This document shows, in pieces, positions 53,430-64,000 of a stretch of DNA of 64,000 nt. The notes under the pieces were generated by a model that had not been told where the DNA came from, searched no databases, and saw only the letters and a list, made by a program, of their open reading frames with translations. Source of the stretch: Rhizophagus irregularis. Taxonomy: Eukaryota. Numbering within the stretch: the first letter of the stretch is position 1; each line of letters begins with the position of its first letter. Location of the stretch: contig NC_089434.1 of NCBI RefSeq assembly GCF_026210795.1, positions 3,844,001-3,908,000 on the forward strand, written 5' to 3'. Both the position numbers and the translations under genes were made by a program.

Positions 53430-55233
53430 TTTTTTATAATTCAGGAATAAGAAAATTTTGTGAAAATTGTAACTAAAAATGTTTAGCTACATTATCATAT
53501 TGTGAATATTAAATTCAAAGTTATTTAAAAGAGGGAGTTAGTATTATAAAATGCAAAATATATGGTGTGATTTATTTTGAACTTATTCATTTCTAATAAA
53601 ATCAGACATTTAAATTTATAAAAATTTTTAGTAGTGTCTTAATTTTATCATATCCTCAGAATTGTTATCTTTGTGCAGCATTGAGTGAAATTTAAATAAT
53701 TTCATCAGAGGAGATTTTTTATGCAAATTATATGAAAAATTCTACATAAAATTTATATACGTTTCAAACAAATTTTATAATGTTTTAAATAAGTAGTATT
53801 TAATATTATTAATTATAAATTAAGTAATGTATTTATACAATAATTTATAGTTAAACTATTTTAAACAATTGATTAACACATGAAATTATAATCTATTTTG
53901 ACGCACTTAAACTATTGATTTTTGTTCGTTCTTATTTGATTTTACTTTTTTTTTTGGATTATGTTTATTTTCCTTAATAGAAATATGACTTTTAAAATAA
54001 CTATTATTATAAATAATTTATAAAAAGTTTAAGAAAAGGATGGTTATGTTATGTGATTGCAAGCTATTCATATTTTGTGCTAGCTTAGATTTAGATTGAA
54101 ACATTAGTTTGTAAATTTTTCATGTTTTAATATAAAATGTTAGTATAATTTTTATAAATAAAATAAACAAGTATTCTTATTCCTATCACTATACAAATCA
54201 ATGTGAAAATCATATATTGAATTTTATATTTAAATAATTAGTATATAAAATATTTACATAATATTTAATTAACTTAGTAATTCCATATCAAATTTAAATA
54301 AAATATATGTATATTATATAGGCTCTATAAAAAAAATTTAATTGTTGTAAATGGTCGAAAAAAATTATATTGCTTTTAAAAAATGTCTCTAACTGCTGAT
54401 GTTATATCTACTATAAAAAATCATAATCACGTGTTAAATTATTAGAAATTGGATTGAGGGATATATAGATAGATTAATGAAAATTAAAGATGAATTTGAC
54501 TATTATAAAATAATTGTATGTTATTGTACGAGCGTCATGCTTAATAATGATCTGATGTGGCACGGAAGTTATTATTTTCAATTGAAAGAGTATTCAAATG
54601 AATTATATTTTTTTTGTTTGTGATACAGTATATTTACATTGCACAGACTGATCCGCATTATATTTGCTGGTCACAACTCACAAGTGCAGTAAGATTTAAA
54701 TTATAAGCATGTGAATTTTTTAAATTCTTTTTATTAAATGTGAAACTGGAGTTTGCATGATTTTTATTGATCGTTATTATAAAATAATAGTTTTATTATG
54801 CAAAATGAATTATTGTGAAATTTATATTTTTATTTTTAGTCTATTTAACAAATTATAAAATTTCTGATTAGATTTTTTTGTGGCTTACTGCATTATTGAG
54901 CGATCAGCGGAACTTTGACATAAGCCACAAATTTACTGGGGCTTGCGGTCAATTTTACAGAAAATTATGGTACTGTACGTATGATCATGTTTTATTTTAT
55001 TATTAATAATTATATGCACTTTAGCTTAAAATCATAATAATAATAGATAATAATAAATGTTCTAATTAAACAGAAATGTTCTTTATTTAATATTTTTTAA
55101 AGGGTTATATAATGATAAAATACTCTTCATTATTATTTCCTTTTAGCTAATAAAACTCGGATGTGAAATTACTATTCTAATTCTGTGAAGAAATCCTTGG
55201 AAATATCATTTAGTGTTATGCACTTATGCCTAC

Positions 55234-55450
55234 ACCCTATAAAAAAATTGGGATACGTTTTTTATAAAGTTTTTATACGATTTTTTTCCTTAGAAATAAC
55301 GTATCATAATAGGATACGGAAAAATGCACAATTCCGTATCACTAAAAATATGGTTTGGATACGGAATTTGCACGGAATTCATATGGAATTTACATGATTT
55401 GATCACTGATTTTATCACGAAATTTATACGATTTGGTCACTGAATTTACT
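55234..55450. mobile_element. Terminus of a repeat family with atacgga/tccgtat subrepeats (related end at ~2370-2540)
   Basis: ccctataaaaaaattgggatacg here; tatacatatttcttataggg at 2521-2540 is a similar end in reverse orientation. Confidence 0.45.
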
Positions 55451-56734
55451 ATTTGTATTACAGTTTACTATAATTATATTTACATAAATCTAATTTTACT
55501 TTATTAAATTAAATAAAAAATAAAAAATAAACAAAATACAAATACATTATGAAAATTCCCTCCTTATTAAAACCACCTATTGCAACCAAAATTATCTATA
55601 AGTTCAGGTTCATTTGGAGTCAAACAACAAAAAAAGAAACATAAGAATGTCTAGCTTAATTGGAAACAAAACCCCCCCCTTCATATAGCATCTGCAATCG
55701 TCCAAGTCACCAAAGGTCAGCATTCCTACAAAAAATGAAAGAGAACTCCAGAATGTTTGACCTACATAAATGAAAAGAATTATGAAGCATCTGATGAAAA
55801 AGAAACCAAAACAACAAAATAAATCCAAAACTGACCTACAAAAAAAGAAGACTCTGAAGCAACAAACTGAAACAACCTACAAAAAGAAAAGAATCTGAAC
55901 CCAACTTACAAAAAAAAAAAAAAAGAAAATTTGAACTGACCTAAAAAAAGAAAAAAATCCTAAACAATCCTACAAAAAGGAAAGGACTCCCAAACTGATC
56001 TACAAAAAAGAAAAAAGAAACTGAATCTTCTCACAAAAAAAAATCTGCTGGCCTATGAAATAAAAAAAGGGATATATATAAATAAAAAAGAAAGGGGAAT
56101 AAAAAATAAATCAAAAAAAATATTTTTTTAAAAAGAGGGTAACGAAGTTAGGAAAGTTAAAAAAAATTTTTTTTTTTAAAGGGAGGACGTCAAAGTTAGA
56201 AAAATAAAAAATTTTTTATAAAGAGGAAATAGAAATAGAAAGAAGAAAATTTTTTTAAAAAAAAAGAAGAGTGGGAATAGTGGGAATAAAAGAATAAAAT
56301 CAAAAAAAAAATATTTTTTTTTTAATAGGAGGGAAGTTTTTTTTTTGATAGAAATTCTTTTGAGAATTTTTTTTAATAGGTAAGAATTTTTGAATTTTTT
56401 TTTTAATAGGGAAAATGTGTTTTTGACGGGAGATTTTCGTTAGAAATTTTCTTTAATAGGGGATATTTTTTTTTTTGATTGAGAATTTCATTAGAGAATT
56501 GTTGGTTGAAAATTTTTTTTATTTTTTTTTGATGGAGAATTTTGTTAGAAATCTTAATAGAAAATTTTATTGAAAATAGTTTTTTTTAATAAGGGTATCG
56601 AGAATTTTGGCTTGAAAATTTTTTTTTTTAATAAAGAATTTCTTTTTTTAATAAAAAATTGATTGAAAATTTATTGGAAAATTTTTTATTAAATTTTTAC
56701 AATTTTATAAGTTTTTACTCCTCTTCATCTTCTT

Positions 56735-56960
56735 TCCGTCTCCCATCACTCTTTTTCGTCTCACATCATCACTCCTATCCGTCTCCCATCACTCCTCTTC
56801 GTCTCCCATCACCCTTTCCGTCTCCCATCACTCTTTTTCGTCTCCCATCACTCCTCTTCGTCTCCCATCACTTCTTTTCGTCTCCCATCACTCCTTTTTA
56901 TCTCCCATCACTCCTCTTCGTTTCGCATCACTTCTTTTCGTCTCCATCACTCCTTTTCAT
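56735..56960. repeat. Pyrimidine-rich minisatellite, ~20-bp unit, about 11 copies
   Basis: cgtctcccatcactc(c/t)t(c/t)tt repeated. Confidence 0.9.
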
Positions 56961-57349
56961 CTTTTTGTTTCCTATCGTTTCTCATTACTCTTTTTTACTC
57001 CCTTTCATCTTCTATTACCTTCCATTACTCCATTGTTATTTCACTTTTTTATTAGCATCTTTCTCCTTGATCATTGTAATTTACTTTATCTTTTTTATTT
57101 ATTGTTATTGTTTCTTTATTTGTATCACTTCAATAAAAATAAATATGGTGATTTTTTTCTTTAAAATCGTAAATGTGTGACTTAAATTTTATATTTGCAA
57201 ATGAAATTTCAATTAATTTCATTAAATATGATTATTTTGAATAAATATGTTTGCAAAAAATTTTTATTTAAAATATTTTTTACAATAAAATTTTAAGTTT
57301 TAACCGATCAAAAATTAGAAAAAATCAGCAATCAGCCGTAAAGAAAGGC

Positions 57350-57502
57350 GGGATCCGGTCAAAATCGCGACGGGTCAAAATCTCGAATTCTAATGCTGGT
57401 CAAGATATCACGTGATTCTGAATAATTCTGCATAACGCGGGCCAACTGTCGGGATTTTGACCCATTCGGGATTTTGACCCGTCGCGATTTAGACCCATAA
57501 CC
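57350..57502. mobile_element. Small MITE (~150 bp)
   Basis: ggtcaaaatcgcgacgggtcaaaatc / gattttgacccgtcgcgatttagacc inverted ends; flanks aagaaaggc / aagaaggc resemble an imperfect TSD. Confidence 0.75.
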
Positions 57503-58482
57503 AAGAAGGCTAACTAAAGTAAGTTAATTAGTGCATACTCCATAAGGAGTTCACCCTTCGTAAAAAAATGAAGAAAGAAGAAAAAAGAAATAGCCATCAT
57601 AAGAGTAACTATGCCGCTAAGATAACTCATACGAATGGGTTAATAAAAACAAGGAACAGCAATAAAAAATAAATCCGTATTTTCTTTTATCCGAAGGTGT
57701 TGTACGTAAATAAATACTGTTATGTACGAGATGCTTTATGAGGGCAGTTTGATTGTGAAATCCATACAATACTCAGAGATTGTGGACCACCTATTCAATA
57801 ATTTCGAAAAAAATTGTGTAGATATTTCTTTTTTATGCCGTAAATAACGATTTGAATGAAATTTATAAGTTAATGTAGTGTAACCGTGATGTACTAAAAA
57901 AAAATGCGTGTCTGCGGGATTCATAAAATAATAAATACGTAAATAAAATCATTAGGAGTTAATTATATACAATTTTTTAAATTTAAACAAACTAAACATT
58001 CGGGTTAGAATAAAGTTGAAAAAAAATATTTTATGCTAATATATCCGATATTCCATAGGATCATGTAAAGCAAAATTTTATAGTTATCCGATAGTATTTT
58101 ATATGCAATATCAAATATGAAATTTATTTCATTATTATTTATACACACAATAAAATTATATTTATATACATTATCAATTCTATAAGCTAATTATTGAAAG
58201 AAAGAAAATAGGTGATAAGATTATACTTTGTTAGACTATTAATAAACTATTTATACATGATCATTGAGGCCTCTCGGATATAAAATTTATCCGATAGAAA
58301 ATGTTTACTTATTACAGGTAAATGATTGGCTGAATAAGCCACTTCGTGGCTTATTTTCAGCCAATCATTTTCCCTCCATAAGTAAAAATAATGTTATTCA
58401 CTCTTTTCCATCGGATAATAATATAGTATATTGCGAATCTTTTAAAAATCTACATTAACGAATATCCAATGGATGTGATTAA

Positions 58483-59385
58483 TTATCGACATAAAAATTT
58501 AGTTGATTTTTAAATAGTACCCATATACAACATTTTTCTTTCTAAGACAAATATTAATAAACAAAATTAGTGACTTTATACTAGTTTTACTATACTCGTA
58601 TTCCTCGATTTGGTACAAGAACGAATTGGAAAGTAAATATACCGTTTCAATTTATTACATCATAAAATTTTTTCATAAAATTATTTTAAAAAAAAATTCT
58701 TTATTGTTTTTTTTAAAAATTGTAACGAAAAAATTCTTTATTGTTTTTTTTTTCTTAAATAGTAACGAAAAAATTCTTAATTTCTCGGTTACTCAATTTT
58801 AACTCACGTGATTAAGAATTCATATGGATCAATTGGATCGACCGTTTGCGTAAACTTGTGAAACAATTAATCTTCCGTACGACTTAAAAATTTCAGCCAA
58901 ATAATTTTCATTATTTTATTTACATATTTATTTTTATTTTGTGCGGGTGATGCATAAAATAATTCCTCTTTTGGATGTGAAAAATTTTTTTTCATTGTAT
59001 ACAATTCTTGAAAAAGAAGTTGATAGAAAATATTTTATATAATGGTTGAATAAAGTATATTGTTAAATTTATGCGAACCTACGCCAACGGAATTATCGGG
59101 AAAAAACGACATAAAAATTTAGTTGGCCTCGAATACTACCAATAAATAATATTTTCTTTGACAAATAATAATAAACAAAATTAGTGACTTGTACCAAAAT
59201 CGAGAAATACAACGAGTATAATTTATTATATACACCTATTAATGTTTTTTTTTTTGTTTATTCATAAAAAAATTTTTTCATAAAATAAGTTATACTTTAA
59301 AAATTGAAAATTATTTTCCCTTTACTCAATTTTAATTCACGTGATTAAGAATTCAGACTGCTGTTTACGTAAATTTTGTGAAACT
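58483..59385 (+). repeat. Diverged direct duplication in the kinase upstream region, each copy with TCACGTGA
   Basis: cgacataaaaatttagttg..ataaacaaaattagtgactt..ttactcaattttaa(c/t)tcacgtgattaagaattca at ~58483-58865 and ~59091-59385. Confidence 0.8.
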
Positions 59386-59464
59386 CACTTCGGAATTTAA
59401 TAGACCTTTTTTCCATTTATCATTTCATGTTTAAAATTGTATTTTAAATTTTATCAACAGTATT

Positions 59465-61579
59465 ATGGCTACTATTCGACGAGAAATAGTTCAAGCTGCA
59501 ATTAATAGAGCATTTGCATTAGCAAACCCTAATATTCAAAATAATTTAGAAAAACAACATGTATTTAGAATACAAACAGTTCTTGCTGACAAATCTCTTA
59601 CCAAGGATGAAAAATCATTTGCAGTAAAAGAATTAAAAGAAAATTTTGATTATGAAAAAATTTTTTATAATGAAGGAACAAAAAGAATTTGTGAAAATTG
59701 TCATGATGAATGTTTAGCTACATTATATTGTGAACATTGTATTCGAAATTATTTAAAAGAAAATTTTTCAAACTGGACATCTGGAAATAATGATATTGAT
59801 AATTTAATACAACAATGTCAAATAAAAGCACTTACACCATATTTGATAGTAGAATGGATTCCTTATAATAAATTACAAAATATTAAATACTTAACTAAAG
59901 GTGGATGTTCTGAAATTTATACTGCAGTTTGGATTGATGGACGTTATGTTGAATGGTATTTAAAAGAAAAACAATTAAAAAGAAGTGGAATTATAAATGT
60001 AGTGCTCAAAAAATTAGAAAATGTTGAAAGTGCCAATAAAAGTTGGTTTGATGAGGTATATACAAGTAATTAAAAGTATTTGAAATTTTTTTAAAATTTA
60101 ATTGCAATTCTTTAATTTTTGTAGGGTTTATCTCATCTACACATAAGTAGCAAATCTTTCCTTATAGTGCAGTGTTATGGTTTAACTCAAAATCCATTTA
60201 ATGGAAATTATATGATTGTAATGAATCGTATGAATGTAAATCTAAGAGAATATTTGCAACAAAATCACAATAAACTTACATGGAAAGAAAGAATTCAAAT
60301 TATTTATAGTATAATTAACGCAGTTTATGATATTCACGAAGAGAGTTCAATTCACAGAGATTTACATTCTGGAAATATATTATTTTTTCAAAATGATCAA
60401 AGATTTTACATCAGTGATCTTGGATTTTGTGGACCAGCTAATAAACCATTAGATAGTATATATGGAAATCTTCCATACATAGCACCTGAGGTCATTGTTA
60501 ATAAGAAATATACTTTTGCATCTGATATTTATAGTATTGGCATACTTATGTGGGAAATCTCATCCGGACAACCACCTTTTATTAATAAACATGATTATGA
60601 TCTTGCAATAAGAATAATAAATGGAATGAGACCAAAAACAATACCAGACACTCCTTTAGAATATAAAGAATTAATGGAACAATGTTGGGATGCTAATCCT
60701 ATGATAAGACCTGATATTTCCACTCTTTTTAATAAAATAAGTAATATTTATAGATGGTATTGTCAAAATGAAAATGAACAAAGAATAATTAGTAAAATTA
60801 CTCGTATTAATAACTCTCAATTAAATACAAGATATAATGTAAATTCTAGTTCTACTAATAGTTCCTTTTTTGGAAATTTTAGTGCAAGTTCGAGTAATTG
60901 GAATATTAGTAGTAGAGTTTATAATTTTGAAAATTTACCTGAACCAAAAAATGCAACAAAAGGTAAGAATTTTTTATTGTACAGTTTTAACTTTTTACAA
61001 TATAATATTAATTATTCATTTTATTTAATAGAAGAACAAGATGGTAATTATTAAAATATATTTAACTTATTAATATTGTTATTAATTTTACTATGTTAAC
61101 TTTATTTTTATAGCTTATCATAGTATACAATTTGATTTTGATTTACAAGATGGTTTGATTATTGGTAAGATTAGCAATTAATATATTTTTGTTAAAATCT
61201 TCGATCTATAATTCTAATTTATATCTATTTATTTTTTTAAATAAAGTAGAAGAGCAATCTAATAAAAGAAGTTATTTTGATGGTAATAGATAGTTTTTAT
61301 AATAATTCATTATAATGCTGTAAATCAAATAATCAATTTTCTTATTTATTACTATAAAATAGATGATGAAAAAGATTTAGCTTCTAACTCTAATAAAAAA
61401 GTCAATTCAAATAATAATGAAGGTAATTATTACTGAAATTTTCATATTTTATTTTTATTATTATTAATGCATGTAATTAATATTAAATTTTAGAAATACA
61501 ATATCATGAAATTGGATACCAATATACGCAAAGAAATTATGCTACGAGTAAGATGGATCTTAACTATTTATTAAATTAG
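59465..61579 (+). CDS. TKL-type protein kinase, apparently intact, ~7 exons (59465-60055, 60125-60962, then five small exons)
   Basis: KGGCSEIY, VVLKKL, VQCYGLT, IHRDLHSGNIL, ISDLG, GNLPYIAPE, SDIYSIG, CWDANP, FENLPEPKNAT; GT-AG introns in phase; 3' exons are less certain. Confidence 0.9.
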
Positions 61580-64000
61580 AGCGTTATCATTATTATTTTT
61601 GTATTATTTTATTTAGAATTATTTAAACACCAAGACTAGAGTAGCAATATTTGCAAATTTTCTTAGTTTGTAATTTAAATAGTTCACTTTATTTATTTAT
61701 GACTAGTATACAATATATAGAATATGAATAAATTTATAATTTGAGCGGTATTATAATATTATATATTAGTGAAATTAATCCAATTTTATTATGATCAAAG
61801 CCAATTACTGTATTACCAATATACTGATATTTTAGTTAACTAATGTCCAAATCTTAAATTACACGAAAAATTACCAAATACTGCAGCGTTAAATGAATAC
61901 TGGTTTATTTACCATACGAATATTTAGTTCAAAGGAAATTTTAATTGGATATAAAGCATTATAGAGTATTGTAGATTATGTAATGCAATAGCAATTTCTG
62001 TCTATAAAAGTATACAAGCAATTGATTAATTAAATAATAGTTTAATACTATTTACTATTTACAGTTTTGTAATAATCTACGTATATTAATTTGCAAATTA
62101 GATTTTAGATGATATAATAGAATTTCATTTTTTGCTGTTCTAATATTAACTTATTAAGTTTAGTCCAAATCTTAATAATTCATTAATTTCTACAATAAAA
62201 TATTTATTGAGAATGTAATTATCGACAAGTAGTATTTTTATGCATTAAAATTGTATTATAAATTTGAAAATGTTGTAAATATAAATATAAATAAATATAA
62301 GAAATACGTTTGAAGGAGTTAGAATAATTTTTTTTTAAAAAAAAAAATAAATATAAAAAAGTCTGCGCCCGCGTAAAAAGTTTCATTAACTATTGTCTGT
62401 TAACAAACTATTTATTTTATTCTTATTAGTGTTAAATTATCGAAGCAAGTTAATTATTGTCTGGAATATGAATTTTTATAGATTTTTAATGATTATCGAA
62501 TTTTTTGTTATTGGTCAAAATTACAGAAAAAAATAACATTTAATATTATAATTAACCTTTTTATACATAATTTTTACAATTTTTAAGAATAAAAACTCGA
62601 TAAACTTAGTTTCCGCAGCAACCTAGAAAATAAATTATAAAGTAAAATTATCTATAATTGAAGAATTCAAATAAATCAATTATTATAACTTACAGAAATC
62701 TTAAAATTTTAAATGATATCATTTTAATGTTATTTAACATTGATATAATATTCTATAATTCGGATATTCATGATTCAGTTCTTATTTAAAAAAATTATTA
62801 AACTCTATTAAAATAAAACTAAATGGATCCTATTAAATCGACACACTCTATTAAAAAAAAGTCAAATGTACCTTTCAAAGATTATCAAATTCACAAGTAT
62901 TGTGCGTCTATCCTAACAACTTATACTGTATGTCCTAAACAATTAAAGTGTTATTGATTATATAAATTTCTCAGAAAAATTTGTAAGTTTATTAATAAAT
63001 TACACTATTTTTATTTTTATTGTCATACAGTATAATAGGAATAGTTAAATATTAATAAAGGTAATAAACCTACCCAGAAAAGGACAAACATATTCACTTT
63101 TCGTTAAATTGTTATAAAAAGTAATTTTATGTTTTGAGAGAAGCTGTAAAATGTTTCGTAATATATTTTAGTGTCGTTAAGATATTTTTGTTAATAAAAA
63201 TGAGAAATTTTTTAATCAATAGGTTTTTAAAGCTTATTTAAAGTTAATTGCAGCTTTAAATTAATAGTATCATCGCCTTATTAAAAGCCTATTTAACTAC
63301 AAGGATTAATAAATTTAATGTCTGATTAAAAAGCATTATAATTAGTATCTGGTACTAACTTTCATTTTATCACGACCTCTTACAAAGAATGATTATCAAT
63401 AATTACAAATTAAACCACGAATGGTAATCTCTCACTAAATTAAAATAAGGGGCGTTCTTGTGTATCAAATTTCAAATGATTGTCATTTTAACCGGTTAGC
63501 AAACAATTTTTATAAACAATATTAATTTTTTAATTTTCGAATTTTGAGATACCCTGTTTATTTTATTTTCAAATAAAACTAAAAAACTATTTAAGGTATT
63601 CTTCATTCTTGTGTACCAAAATTTCATGATGTTACTGATATAAAATTCAACGATATAAATTTATACAGAAAATGTCGTATTAAATACTTTCAATAATTAT
63701 CTTTTTGTTGTTAGACCATGATAAAATTCCCTAATTCGAAAATAAAAAACAGTCGTCGATTATTAAATATCGGCCATAATGGTCTAATAAAAGTTTTATT
63801 TTCCTAAAATTTTGATGATTATTTTCGAATGACCGAACAAATCTTTTATACCTTTATTTTTCACATACCCACCAGGCGTTATTGGCTAAACATATATAGT
63901 AATATACTAGTAAAAAAAAAATATTCTAATTTACGATTTGGCTTGACAAATTTTTATATAAATATGCATTATTTATCCTTCAACTATTTTATCATTCACA

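Larger units (their letters stand above)
50675..53530 (+). pseudogene. Decayed exon 1 of a TKL-type kinase, split by the retroposon at 50867-53429
   Basis: Left flank REIIQAVNKAY..EFIQQSILA..KIFYN joins right flank SGIRKFCENCN*KCLATL..YCE, matching paralogs at 39006 and 59465. Confidence 0.8.

Noticed and set aside
56659..57180. 173-aa S/P/F/L-rich ORF
   Set aside because: Translation of a stop-free pyrimidine minisatellite.
1..64000. rRNA, tRNA or telomeric repeats
   Set aside because: None recognisable; tRNA absence was not verified computationally.

Overview
Very AT-rich, intron-containing eukaryotic DNA. Gene families and intron style point to an arbuscular mycorrhizal (Glomeromycotina, Rhizophagus-like) fungus; this is inferred, not database-confirmed. 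The window is repeat-dominated. Host genes: one apparently intact multi-exon TKL-type kinase (59465-61579, +), four broken kinase copies, a divergent TIMELESS/Tof1-domain gene and a small hypothetical gene. Two young retroelements stand out. (1) An intact two-ORF LINE (ORF1 RRM+CCHC; ORF2 APE endonuclease-RT-RNase H-Zn finger). Its 5' end abuts 18 tandem ~60-bp hairpin monomers and, together with a foldback element, it forms an 11.8-kb insertion that splits a kinase gene. (2) A 2.56-kb ORF1-only (HAL1-like) retroposon with a GGGGG start, an A23 tail and a 15-bp TSD. It encodes an ORF1-like protein with a duplicated unrecognised N-terminal domain, also lies in a kinase exon, and ends in the same TTACTGTTT 3' motif as the LINE. 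The rest is CpG-eroded relics (LINE RT, PIF1 helicase, IS630/Tc1, hAT), MITEs, palindromes and tandem repeats. All calls were made by eye; no searches were run.
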